A stretch of 64,000 nt of DNA from an uncultured virus (IMG/VR IMGVR_UViG_3300005826_000001) (IMGVR_UViG_3300005826_000001:1-64000); one strand, 5' to 3'; counted from the first letter of the stretch, positions 46,973 to 56,738 are shown. Numbers and translations are program-made. Notes: generated from the letters alone by a model not told the origin.

Positions 46973-47044
46973 ATCATAAGTCCATCCACCCTAAAAGTCG
47001 AGTGGAAACGACTCAAAATCGACCCAAGGAGGCAACTTTTTTGG
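46973..47044 (-). promoter_or_regulatory. Early promoter copy 5 with upstream element
   Basis: Minus strand reads CCAAAAAAGTTGCCTCCTTGGGTCGATTTTG...TCGACT-17-TATGAT. Confidence 0.75.
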
Positions 47045-47225
47045 CTTCATTTTCAAACATTGGATTTCATTGTGATTCTGGCGCTTGCGGGAATCATACA
47101 GCCAGGGTATCCTTGCCGCTGAACGAGTCTCCAGCGCGTCGACAGTGAGGTCGGCGAGCAGGCGTGCGGCTGCCCAGGACGCAACGCTGTCAAGAGGCCA
47201 ATCACATTCATCACGGAGGTGAGTC

Positions 47226-47525
47226 ATGGGTTCTGGTGTACAACGGCAAGTGACGGGCAAGCTCATCGGGACGGGCGCAGATTTGGAAGTGCGCACGGTC
47301 ACTTTCCGACCGGCCAAGGTGGAGCTGTACAATGAGGATGGCGTCTGTCACGCAGTCTGGACCAAGACAATGGCGGATGATGCGATGATGAAGACAGTCA
47401 CCGCCGGGACGGTCTCTGTGGTGACGAGCAACGGGATCACCCCGCTGTCGGATGGCTTCGCGTTGGGCGCCGACACGGACCTCAACGTGTCGGGCGAGGC
47501 AGTACACTGGGTGGCGTCCGAGTAA
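47226..47525 (+). CDS. Hypothetical virion-associated protein
   Basis: GGAGGT RBS; beta-rich G/T/V composition; first gene of the late operon. Confidence 0.6.
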   Translation: MGSGVQRQVTGKLIGTGADLEVRTVTFRPAKVELYNEDGVCHAVWTKTMADDAMMKTVTAGTVSVVTSNGITPLSDGFALGADTDLNVSGEAVHWVASE

Positions 47526-47605
47526 CACAGGCGCATTCCAATCGGAGCACAGAGGTGGCCCTGGAAGCTCCGGGGCTGCCTCTTCACCGTTGAAGGGGCA
47601 CGGAC

Positions 47606-47977
47606 ATGCCAGACCCTCAATCATCGCCCGAGTTGGCCCCCAAATACATGTACCATCGCACGGCCACCGCCGTCGATGTTGTCGCCAATCTCACCAGAGC
47701 ACACGGCGTCAACGCGGGCATGTATCGCTTCGCCCACGTCCAGGTCATCCCGAGCGGCGGAGCTGCTCCGGCCGTTGAGATCTATTGGTGGAGCGAGGCA
47801 GCGGGGAAGTTCATCAAGGACCAAGCGGTGTTGGCCAAAGCAGGACTTGGGGCCAATGTGCCGTTTGAATTCAGCATCGACGCGAGGGGCAGGATCTTTG
47901 CTGTAGTCTTCACGACACTCGCCGCCGGATCGGTGGACGTGTACGTGGCGGGGTTTCAGCACGAACAGGTTTCTTGA
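47606..47977 (+). CDS. Hypothetical virion-associated protein
   Basis: Beta-rich ORF within the late operon. Confidence 0.55.
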   Translation: MPDPQSSPELAPKYMYHRTATAVDVVANLTRAHGVNAGMYRFAHVQVIPSGGAAPAVEIYWWSEAAGKFIKDQAVLAKAGLGANVPFEFSIDARGRIFAVVFTTLAAGSVDVYVAGFQHEQVS

Positions 47978-47979
47978 TC

Positions 47980-48243
47980 ATGCCATTTCCGAATGAGCAT
48001 GCGGCTCGTCAACTGCCACCGAGCCAATTCAAAGAATTCCGCCGATCGGGGCTGGGATTTCCAAAAGGCATCTCGGCCATCATTGGCATCCGGAGCAACG
48101 GCAAAACAGCCGTCCAATCTCTGCGCTTTGATCGAACCAAGTGGACCGTCGCCAGCGCTCGCTCCTGGCTCAAGGATCACGGGTTCAAGTCAGGGCTGGA
48201 GGCTGCCGCCCGGAAGTCCATTGATTGGACCGGGGTGATCTGA
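47980..48243 (+). CDS. Small head-module protein
   Basis: PNEHAAR...F.R...QSLRF...WT...AR.WLK.H; ends KSIDWTGVI. Confidence 0.6.
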   Translation: MPFPNEHAARQLPPSQFKEFRRSGLGFPKGISAIIGIRSNGKTAVQSLRFDRTKWTVASARSWLKDHGFKSGLEAAARKSIDWTGVI

Positions 48244-49728
48244 GTGCCATCCAAACATTCCGCTGCCATACCGATGATGAAAGGGAGCCCGGGGATGCTG
48301 GCGCGTGCCGAGCGTTCTCAGCTCTTGGAGTTGTACGAACACTACAAACAGATGGGCGCCGAATGGATCAGACGTCAGATCCTGAAGAACAATCGTGTGG
48401 ATATACTGGCAACCTATGTGCTGGGCTATCAAGTGGAACCATTCCACCTCGGCATGATGCGCTTCCAGTTCATCCATCCGGACAATCTTCAACTTGCCTT
48501 CCGAGGGGCGGGCAAGTCCACAGTCTGCACGATCACCAAGGCCATCCATCTTCTGTTGAAAGACCCCAACATCCGGATCCTGATCGCGTCTAAGACCTCC
48601 ACGCAGGCCGAAGCGTTCTTGAAGGAGATCAAGGCGCACTTTGAATCCAATGACCAGCTCACGGAGTTGTTTGGGCCATACTTCGATGCGCGCAAGACGC
48701 GCAAGTGGGACAACTCCGAGATTGAGGTGTTGCCTCGGACTTCCACAGCCAAGGAGGGCTCGATCACGACGCTGGGTGTTGGAGCGCAGGTGGTCGGCAA
48801 GCACTATGACGTGCTGATCAGCGATGACCTCGTGGATGAGGACAACAGCCGTACACCCTACATGCGAGACAAGACTCGCACCTGGTATTACCAGTCATTG
48901 GACCCTACGTTGGAGCCGCCGGATGCCACCGTGGCGCATCGAGGGGAGCATCATCGGCTCGGGACGCGCTATCACTATGATGACCTGTATGGTCATCTAC
49001 AGGCCAATGAACTGCGGGGCCACTACAACGTCATTCGGGCATTGGACGACCACGAGCGGAGCCCTTGGCCCAGCAAATACCCAGCCAGTTGGTTCAAAGA
49101 GAAGCGGGCCAAGGCGGGAGTGATCATCTTCAACGCTCAGTTCCAGTGCGACACCGAAGCGATGAAGGGCGAGGTGTTCCAATACGATGACTGCCAGGTC
49201 ATCGAGCCGGATCAAATCCCAGCAACCCTCCGAGTGTTCATGGGCGTGGACCTCGCCATCAGCCAGGATGATGCCGCCGACCATTTTGCCATCGCCGTTG
49301 TGGGCATCGACCCTGACAAGAATCATTACCTGCTGGACTGGTATGAGGCGCAGCTCCGCTTCAACGCGCAGACGCAGAAGATCATTGATTACTACCGCAT
49401 CTGGGACCCGATACGCTGCGCCATTGAGACCAATGCCTATCAGGACGCCCAATACCAAAACCTCAAGGATGAGGACAAGGAGCTGCGGCTCAAACCGGTG
49501 AAGACCGACAAGGACAAGATTGCGAGGGCGTGGAAGTTATCCGCCATCTTTGAGGACAAACGGATGTTCTTCAAGAAGGGCGCCCGCACCCAACACGCCA
49601 TTGAACAGCTGGTGTTGTTCCCCAACTATCGCTTCAAGGACTTCTTTGATGCTTTGGATTTGGCGGTGACGGCAGGTAGAATGCGGAAGCGACGCCGACG
49701 CCGGAGCCGTGAACCGGGTGTCCTCTGA
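48244..49728 (+). CDS. terL: Terminase large subunit
   Basis: Walker A FRGAGKST, Walker B LISDD, GTRYH.DD, nuclease GVDLA and D.FDAL. Confidence 0.92.
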   Translation: MPSKHSAAIPMMKGSPGMLARAERSQLLELYEHYKQMGAEWIRRQILKNNRVDILATYVLGYQVEPFHLGMMRFQFIHPDNLQLAFRGAGKSTVCTITKAIHLLLKDPNIRILIASKTSTQAEAFLKEIKAHFESNDQLTELFGPYFDARKTRKWDNSEIEVLPRTSTAKEGSITTLGVGAQVVGKHYDVLISDDLVDEDNSRTPYMRDKTRTWYYQSLDPTLEPPDATVAHRGEHHRLGTRYHYDDLYGHLQANELRGHYNVIRALDDHERSPWPSKYPASWFKEKRAKAGVIIFNAQFQCDTEAMKGEVFQYDDCQVIEPDQIPATLRVFMGVDLAISQDDAADHFAIAVVGIDPDKNHYLLDWYEAQLRFNAQTQKIIDYYRIWDPIRCAIETNAYQDAQYQNLKDEDKELRLKPVKTDKDKIARAWKLSAIFEDKRMFFKKGARTQHAIEQLVLFPNYRFKDFFDALDLAVTAGRMRKRRRRRSREPGVL

Positions 49729-49741
49729 ATAGGAGCGTGTT

Positions 49742-51577
49742 GTGGCCGATGTGAGCAAAGTGACGCCGTTGGAAATCAACGCCAACGCCGCTGGGGCCCA
49801 AGCCAACCAAAAGGCACTAAGCCAAATCCGGGCTCGGGTCATCGAGGTGAAGACCGACAAGCGATTGGACAAAGCGGCGCCGGGGATGTCCCAAAAGACC
49901 CCTGAAGATCCCTTCTATGCGCTATCGCACAAGGGGATGACGATTGAGCCGCCGTTTGATATGCTGACCCTGGCGATGCTTCCCGAGCACAACTCTGAAT
50001 TGAATCAATGCATCGAAGCCATGGAGATCAACATCGATGGTTTCGGCCATCGTTATGTGTCTCGGGTGCTGCTCAACGGCGAGACAAAGCCGCCTGAAGA
50101 GCTGGTGATGAAAGTCAGGACGGAGCGGGTGGCGCTGGAAAACTTCTTCAGCTACTGCACCACGGAGTCCTTCACCGAGTTCAGGCGGAAGCTCCGCAAG
50201 GACTTGGAAGCCACCGGCAATGGCTATTTCGAGATCATCCGCAACGCTGCCGGACGCATCCAGGCGTTCACGCATATCCCGTCCTATCAGATGCGGCTCG
50301 GACGATTGGACCCTGAACCAATCCTGATCGATCGGCCCATCTTGGAGCTGCGCATCGACGGGAGTGTCAAGGCGTCCACCATCAAGCAGTGGACTCGGTT
50401 CAGGAAGTATGCCCAATCCAAAGCAGTCCATCTCCGGAACCTGACCACGCTCGGTGGCTACAAGATCCGATGGTTCAAGGCATTTGGCGACCCTCGGATG
50501 TATCATGCCAACACCGGTTTGGAAGATCCCACAGGCTCCCTGCCGCCTGAAGAGCAAGCCAACGAGGTGATTCACCTGACCCAATATTCAGCTCGGACCC
50601 CATACGGGTTGCCGCGCTACATCGGCAACCTGCTGAGCATTTTCGGGGACAGAGCGGCTGAAGAAATCAACTTTGTCACTTTCCGCAACAACAACATCCC
50701 GTCGATGGTCGTGCTGGTATCCAACGGCCAGCTCACGGAGGGCTCGATCCAACGCATCGAGTCCTTTGTGGAGTCGCAGATTCAGGGCTCGGACAATTAC
50801 AGCAAATTCCTGCTGCTGGAGGCTGAGACTCTGGAGGAGTCTGGTGAAGACTCCGGGATGCACACCAAGGTCGACATCAAGCCGCTCACCCAGGATCAAC
50901 ACCGGGACGCGCTGTTTCAGAACTACAGCGGCAACAACCGGGACCAAGTGCGGCGGTGCTTCCGTTTGCCCCCAATTTTTGTTGGCCGCTCCGATGACTA
51001 CACCCGAGCGACGGCGGAGTCCAGCCGGCGGTTGGCCGATGAGCAGGTGTTTGCTCCGGAGCGGGATGAATTTGATGCCGTGATGAACCGGGTGATCTTC
51101 CCGCACATGGGGATCATCTACCACAAATTCAAATCCAACAGCCCCAACACAACCGACAACCAGCAGCTGGTCAAGATCCTGGCGGGTGCCGAGAAGACCG
51201 GCGGGATGACGCCCGAGATTGCTCGACAGATGCTGGAGGACATCCTCAGCGCAGAGCTGCCGGGCTTCCCGGATGACTTCCCTGCCAATGTGCCGTTCAG
51301 CCTAACGATGGCGGAGGCAGTGAAGAACAAGGCGGATGCATCGGAGCCTGGACAGCAGGTGACGGCGCTCAAGGCGCTCACGGAGGATGACGAGGGGGGC
51401 GTGTTTGAAGCGGAGTGTTCGCATTGCGGCAACACGGAGCTGGTCCAAGGCATCGAGAAATCGGATGATGACCTGGTGGACCACCTCATCCAGTTGAACC
51501 GGCGGATTGAGAAGCGTTGGGAAGCGGCGGCGGTGGCCGAACACGAGGATGAGCCAGACCTCGGCATTGAGGAGTGA
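49742..51577 (+). CDS. Portal protein (PBSX/XkdE-like)
   Basis: Follows terL; D.EATGNGYFEI.R, YGLP.Y, F.N..IP and F.LPP..VG. Confidence 0.88.
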   Translation: MADVSKVTPLEINANAAGAQANQKALSQIRARVIEVKTDKRLDKAAPGMSQKTPEDPFYALSHKGMTIEPPFDMLTLAMLPEHNSELNQCIEAMEINIDGFGHRYVSRVLLNGETKPPEELVMKVRTERVALENFFSYCTTESFTEFRRKLRKDLEATGNGYFEIIRNAAGRIQAFTHIPSYQMRLGRLDPEPILIDRPILELRIDGSVKASTIKQWTRFRKYAQSKAVHLRNLTTLGGYKIRWFKAFGDPRMYHANTGLEDPTGSLPPEEQANEVIHLTQYSARTPYGLPRYIGNLLSIFGDRAAEEINFVTFRNNNIPSMVVLVSNGQLTEGSIQRIESFVESQIQGSDNYSKFLLLEAETLEESGEDSGMHTKVDIKPLTQDQHRDALFQNYSGNNRDQVRRCFRLPPIFVGRSDDYTRATAESSRRLADEQVFAPERDEFDAVMNRVIFPHMGIIYHKFKSNSPNTTDNQQLVKILAGAEKTGGMTPEIARQMLEDILSAELPGFPDDFPANVPFSLTMAEAVKNKADASEPGQQVTALKALTEDDEGGVFEAECSHCGNTELVQGIEKSDDDLVDHLIQLNRRIEKRWEAAAVAEHEDEPDLGIEE

Positions 51578-51580
51578 CCC

Positions 51581-54397
51581 GTGAGTGACGAGGTGGTCAA
51601 CCTGCGCTCTCACATGCGTAGGACCGGCAAGTTGTATCTCGGGCTCCGCGTATCAGACCGAATGATCACCAAGGTGTTGCGGATCTCGGAGTTGTCGCAG
51701 ATGGCGAGGGCGGAGGTGCGCCTGCGGAGCCTGCTCTCAGCTCGATGGGACGCCCGAGCGGCGCAAGCCGCCACCATCGCGGCCAAGATGGCGTCCCAGC
51801 TCAAGCCGGCAAAGGACATCACATCCGCCGTTGACGAGATCATGGGCGGATGGGCCAAGGATGTTGAGGACATATTCCTGGTTGAGATGCGGCAGTTCTA
51901 CAGGCTAGGACGCATCCTTGGCCATAAGAAGGCACATCGGCAAATCACCCGGCAACTTCGATATGATGTGCCGGATGAGTCACCAGGAACCAAGGTGCCG
52001 AAGCTGGCGACGGTGGAGGATGTCACCAAGGCGGCGGTGAAGGCGGAGTTGTTGCCGGCGTTTGATGTCGTGGACGATGAAGCTCTGGCAGCCCTCCAAA
52101 AGAACCAGAAATTTTGGATCGGCTCGCACTACTCCAAGAACGTCGCCGATGAGATTGGGAAGGTCACCCGAGACACGATGATCGCCGCCGGCAAAGACCG
52201 GAAGGTGGCCGGCAAGCTGATGCACGAGCGGCTGAAGGCTGTGCTCGGGACGGTGAAGACTCCGGCGGGATTCAAGGGCACTTCCAGCCAGTATTTTGAG
52301 GGGCTGGTGGCCAACGCCGCCACCGTCGGGCGCGTCCACGGGCAGATGAGCAGCTTCATGTCCATCGGGATCACCCGATACAAGATCGTGAACCCGGGCG
52401 GGAGCCGGATCTGTCCCGTCTGCGCCCATCTCAACGGGACTGTGTTTGAGACCCGTTGGGGCGCCGAGCAGATGGGCGCAGAGCTAGCTGCCAAGAAGCC
52501 CGAGGACATCAAGCGACTGCACCCATGGAGATCGCTGAAGCAGGTCAAGGAGATCGCGCCCAAGTCCGGAGCGGAACGCGGCGGAGCCATCGGCAAGCAA
52601 GAGAAGGGGCTGGCCGACGCCGGGATGAGCCTGCCGCCATATCACTATCGTTGTCGGTGCAACGTGGATGTTGATGAGCAGATCGGTTCATATGATCAGC
52701 TGACACCGATGACTCCGCCGACGCCGACGGTGCCCGCGAAGCCAAAGGTGATGCCGCCGACGGCGCCGAAGCCACCGGTGACGGGCACGGCTCCGCCGGT
52801 TCAGGGCAAGTTGTCGCCGGATGACGTCATCGTCCAAAGGATGTTGGCGTCGCACGTGGAATCTTCAACCAAGCTGGGCAAAGGTGTCAACCAAGCGAGC
52901 AAGGCTGTCCTGCGGGCTCCAGACGGCAAGAAGACCACAGTTGTCCTGAAGTATGCCGATGACGAGCGGATGTTGATCCGGGAGTCCACCGGCATCAAAG
53001 GCGGGACCTATCACCAGCGTGAGGCGGCGTTCTATCAGCTGGACCGGGAGCTTGGGGGCAAGACTCTTACGCCGCCGACGGTGTCGCACGACTTCGGGAG
53101 CGGGCTCGGCAAGGCAAGTGCCCAGAAGTGGGTGGACGGAGCCAAGGTTGCCAACAAAACAATCGGCAACGCTTTGGCCAACGTCCCAGAATCTCAGGCG
53201 CGGCGGATGTTCCTGTTGGATGCCATTTCGGCCAATGACGATCGCCACACACTCAACGCGCTGTACAAGACGGTGGGCAAGAGAACAGATCTCATCGCCA
53301 TCGACAACGGGTTGACTTTCCCGCTCAAGCCAACAGGCAGGTTCTTGTTTGCCAAGGCTGAACACAATCTTCAAGACTTGATCCAATTGGACTCCGCCAC
53401 GCACTCTATGGTCAAAGGGTTGGATTTGAATCGGGTGGCGGCCATATTGGACGCCAACGGCATTGAAGAAACAGCCGCAAGGGCCGCTCTGATCAGGATC
53501 CGAGCACTTCAAGGGAATGCCAAGATCATCTTTCAACAGACTCACTCGCTGGGCGGCTCGAAAGTGGAGAGGGTGAGCGACTATGTGCTCAACTTCATTG
53601 AGGCATCCCACAAGGCTCCAACTAGGTTGCTGAGCAAATCGGCGTTGGGCGAAGTCGATGACGTGTTGGCCAAGCTGGCCAAGAGCAAAGCGGCGGTGAA
53701 GGCGCCGACGCCGCCAAAGGTGGCGCAAGTGTCACCCAAGAAAGTGCCGCCCAAGCCCACGACGCCCAAGCCCAAGCCGGCACCTCCGCCCAAGCCGCCG
53801 CCGGAGCTGAAGCCGGTGCCGCCGCCGGAGCCGCCGCCCAAGCCGGCACCGAGCGTGTTTGATGACAAGAAGCAGAAGTGGGCAGCGGGATTGAGCAGTT
53901 CAGAGAAGTCGGCGCTGCGGGCGTGGCAAGGTGATTGGTATGAGGACATCCGGGACTTCGATCGGCTAGGTGACGCCGCGAAGGTCGCCAAGGGCGCCCA
54001 AGAGAAGCACAAAGCCCTTGTGGCCGCAATGAAGAGAGCGCCCAAATTTGAAGGGGAGGTTTGGCGAGGGTTCAGCCAGCTCGACATTGAATTTGTGGAA
54101 AAGTTGATGCAAAGGGGATACATCTTTGAACAAGATGCTCTTGCTAGTTGGTCGCAGAGCAAGAGGGTGGCCCGAGGGTTTGCCGGAGGTTTGGCGAAGC
54201 CAAAGACCATGAATGTGGTCATGCGAGTGAAGACAAAGAAGGGCGTGGACATCGCAAACGTAGTGGAGGATTCAGCCGGCTTTGCTCAGGCGGAGCAAGA
54301 AGTGATCTTGGCCAAGGGCAGCAAGTTCAGAGTTGTCGGCGTCACCAAGGAGCTTGATAAAAATAGGGTGTGGCTGGACATGGAGGAGATCGATTGA
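51581..54397 (+). CDS. MuF/gp7-like head morphogenesis protein fused to PI3/4-kinase/HipA-like and ADP-ribosyltransferase domains
   Basis: CPVC...PPYHYRCRC (MuF); K, RE.A.Y.LD, N.DRH..N and AIDNG (kinase); WRG, SWS and EQE (R-S-E ART). Confidence 0.8.
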   Translation: MSDEVVNLRSHMRRTGKLYLGLRVSDRMITKVLRISELSQMARAEVRLRSLLSARWDARAAQAATIAAKMASQLKPAKDITSAVDEIMGGWAKDVEDIFLVEMRQFYRLGRILGHKKAHRQITRQLRYDVPDESPGTKVPKLATVEDVTKAAVKAELLPAFDVVDDEALAALQKNQKFWIGSHYSKNVADEIGKVTRDTMIAAGKDRKVAGKLMHERLKAVLGTVKTPAGFKGTSSQYFEGLVANAATVGRVHGQMSSFMSIGITRYKIVNPGGSRICPVCAHLNGTVFETRWGAEQMGAELAAKKPEDIKRLHPWRSLKQVKEIAPKSGAERGGAIGKQEKGLADAGMSLPPYHYRCRCNVDVDEQIGSYDQLTPMTPPTPTVPAKPKVMPPTAPKPPVTGTAPPVQGKLSPDDVIVQRMLASHVESSTKLGKGVNQASKAVLRAPDGKKTTVVLKYADDERMLIRESTGIKGGTYHQREAAFYQLDRELGGKTLTPPTVSHDFGSGLGKASAQKWVDGAKVANKTIGNALANVPESQARRMFLLDAISANDDRHTLNALYKTVGKRTDLIAIDNGLTFPLKPTGRFLFAKAEHNLQDLIQLDSATHSMVKGLDLNRVAAILDANGIEETAARAALIRIRALQGNAKIIFQQTHSLGGSKVERVSDYVLNFIEASHKAPTRLLSKSALGEVDDVLAKLAKSKAAVKAPTPPKVAQVSPKKVPPKPTTPKPKPAPPPKPPPELKPVPPPEPPPKPAPSVFDDKKQKWAAGLSSSEKSALRAWQGDWYEDIRDFDRLGDAAKVAKGAQEKHKALVAAMKRAPKFEGEVWRGFSQLDIEFVEKLMQRGYIFEQDALASWSQSKRVARGFAGGLAKPKTMNVVMRVKTKKGVDIANVVEDSAGFAQAEQEVILAKGSKFRVVGVTKELDKNRVWLDMEEID

Positions 54398-54461
54398 TTG
54401 CCAATCGCGCATGGATTTCATCGACAAAGCAAAGGTGATCATACGAAAATAGGAGGGCGCG

Positions 54462-54617
54462 ATGCCAAAGCTCAAGTCAGGAAACGAGCGGTTTGTGGAG
54501 CAGGACCTATCCAACTGGAGTGTGTACACTCCGGACGGCAAGCCCGTGCTCGTGCAAGGCAAACCTCAGCCGGAGCCGAAGCCAAAGCGTTCAGCGCCCA
54601 AGCCCAAGAAGCCATAG
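54462..54617 (+). CDS. Small protein (51 aa, not in the ORF track)
   Basis: AGGAGGG RBS; MPKLKSGNERFVEQDLSNW...KP-stop. Confidence 0.5.
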   Translation: MPKLKSGNERFVEQDLSNWSVYTPDGKPVLVQGKPQPEPKPKRSAPKPKKP

Positions 54618-54625
54618 GGATAAGC

Positions 54626-54880
54626 ATGAAGGCGAGTCTGTACACAATCGGAGATGACGGGGCGGAGCAGCTGTTGGCCACCTATGAGGTGGTGGACGGC
54701 GTTGCGGTAGGCTCGTGGCCCGAGAAGACTCCGCTTCACTACTTCAGAGATCAGATTGAGCAGGACGGTGTCTTTGGCCCGGGGGGCGTCCTGCGCTTCC
54801 CCAAGGATGGCAAAAAATTTGTGGAAGCGCTTGAGACCAACTTTGCCAACAGCTCCCGCATAACTGCCAGAGTTTCTTGA
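54626..54880 (+). CDS. Small hypothetical protein
   Basis: ATG 8 nt after the previous stop. Confidence 0.55.
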   Translation: MKASLYTIGDDGAEQLLATYEVVDGVAVGSWPEKTPLHYFRDQIEQDGVFGPGGVLRFPKDGKKFVEALETNFANSSRITARVS

Positions 54881-55006
54881 ATTCCACCATTTGAGCTGTT
54901 TCTGAACTTTCTGCGAAGGTTGACGTGTCGCTTGGCGTTTTCCTCTGTTGCGGCTAACCTACATTGGTTGAGCGTCCATCGGGACAGCCACACCAGAGGA
55001 TGACAC

Positions 55007-55717
55007 GTGACACGCAAACGCAATGCTCACCCTATCGCTGAGAGGGGTCGGCACGTCGCCAAGACCATCACCGCCGACGACATCGCAGCCAGCGGCAAGC
55101 TGGTCCCACGCCGGGGACTCCCGGGCGGCTCGGGCGTGAAGCCGAAGCCAAGCGACGATGACGAGAATCAGCGCTTCATGATGGCCAAGAAGGTCGCTGA
55201 GGCGGTGGCCGTCATTGAGCAGGCGATGAAGGTGGCAAAGTCCGAGCCCGAGGATGAGCCCGAGGATGAGCTGGAGCCGGAGTCCGAGCCTGAGCAGGAC
55301 GCCGTTGAGATGGACAAGCGGCTGTATTCGCCTGTGCTGAAGGCGGATGCCACCGAGAAAACTGTCACCGGCGTGGTGCTCCAGCCCGAGGTTACAGATG
55401 CTCAGGGCGACATCATGGATGCCCAGGTCATCCGCAAAGCGGCGGAGGATTTTTTGGCCGCCTACAACCGGGCGACCAAGCTGGGCTTGATGCACAAGAA
55501 GTTCAACCAGGACTTTGAACTGCTCCAATCATTTGTGGCCCCGCACGGGTTGACGATCAACAACAAGATCGTCAAAGAGGGCGCTTGGGTGCTGAAGGTG
55601 CGGGTCAAGAAAGACCAGATCTGGAAGCAGGTCATGGATGGCCAGATCAAAGGTTTCTCCATTGGGGGCAAGGCGCGGGTGGTCAAGCTAGCAGCCCCGA
55701 ATGATGCCCCAAGGTAG
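55007..55717 (+). CDS. XkdF-like prohead protease (His and Ser motifs)
   Basis: V.GVVL.P...DAQGD, LMH, G.WV and W..V..G.IKGFSIGG. Confidence 0.8.
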   Translation: MTRKRNAHPIAERGRHVAKTITADDIAASGKLVPRRGLPGGSGVKPKPSDDDENQRFMMAKKVAEAVAVIEQAMKVAKSEPEDEPEDELEPESEPEQDAVEMDKRLYSPVLKADATEKTVTGVVLQPEVTDAQGDIMDAQVIRKAAEDFLAAYNRATKLGLMHKKFNQDFELLQSFVAPHGLTINNKIVKEGAWVLKVRVKKDQIWKQVMDGQIKGFSIGGKARVVKLAAPNDAPR

Positions 55718-55726
55718 GCAAGACCG

Positions 55727-56665
55727 ATGCGCGCACCGAAGCAGAGATTTGTGGACTTGAAAGTGGGGGAAGTATCCTTGGTGGACAGCCCCGCAAACGA
55801 ACAAGAGTTCATCGTTGTCAAGCGACTGAATCAGGAGGATGGCGACATGGCCGATGAGATCCAGGACGTCACCAAGGGTCAGCCCGATGGTGAGCAAGTT
55901 TCCAACGAGCCCGCAGCCAAAGGCGCGGAGCAGGTCAACGTGGAGGTGGCCAGCACGGAAGCCGTGGAAAAGGCCATGGCGCAGGTCACCCAGTTGGTCG
56001 AAAGCATCGCCAAGGCAGCAAATGCTTCGGAGCCCTCCGAGGTGGACACCGAGAAGGCAGATGCTGAGAAGATGGACGCCGAGAAGGGCGATTGGCCCAA
56101 GATGCGCAAGCAGTTTGAGAGTGAGCTGAAGGCTTGCGGCGTCAAGGGCGGAGCGATGACCAAGGCCATGGAGCGCTTCGACAAGGCATTCATGCCCTTC
56201 AAGCCAGGTGGCGGGGCCAAGCCGCCGCTCAAGAAAGCAGAGAAGTCGATGGACGACACGGCAGATGAATCCGTCCAGAAGATCCTGGAGGTGTTGAGCA
56301 TGGGAGTCCAGAAGGCCAAGGCATTCACGCCGAAGCGTGAAGAGGCACTGAAGGCAGCCGTGGAGACGCTTCAGGATCTGCTGAAGGAGCTGTCGATGCA
56401 GTCCATCCCACAGGGTGAGAGCCCCAAGACCACGGTGCCGACCGGCCACGTGTATGGACCGGCCACGACGATGGCCCTCACCAAGAGCATTGAAGGACTC
56501 AAGGAGATCCTGACCACCAAGTTGGATGAAGTTCAGACGGTGGCCAAGAGTCTTGGGGCGCGCGTTGAGGTCATCGAGAAGACCGCCGGCCCATCCAAGT
56601 CCTTGGAGGGCGACGGCGGAACCGACACCAACGTCAAAAAGAGCTTCTGGTCAGGCGTCCTGTAG
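55727..56665 (+). CDS. Scaffolding protein carrying the protease C-terminal motif at its N-terminus
   Basis: EVSLVDSPAN at residues 15-24, then a helical charged scaffold-like sequence; internal AGGAGG and ATG at 55847; directly precedes the capsid gene. Confidence 0.7.
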   Translation: MRAPKQRFVDLKVGEVSLVDSPANEQEFIVVKRLNQEDGDMADEIQDVTKGQPDGEQVSNEPAAKGAEQVNVEVASTEAVEKAMAQVTQLVESIAKAANASEPSEVDTEKADAEKMDAEKGDWPKMRKQFESELKACGVKGGAMTKAMERFDKAFMPFKPGGGAKPPLKKAEKSMDDTADESVQKILEVLSMGVQKAKAFTPKREEALKAAVETLQDLLKELSMQSIPQGESPKTTVPTGHVYGPATTMALTKSIEGLKEILTTKLDEVQTVAKSLGARVEVIEKTAGPSKSLEGDGGTDTNVKKSFWSGVL

Positions 56666-56738
56666 GGACAGCTCTGAATCTAGGCCAGGCCCTTTGGGCT
56701 AAAAGGCAACAAGAGTTAGGACACAAGGAGAATTGGAC

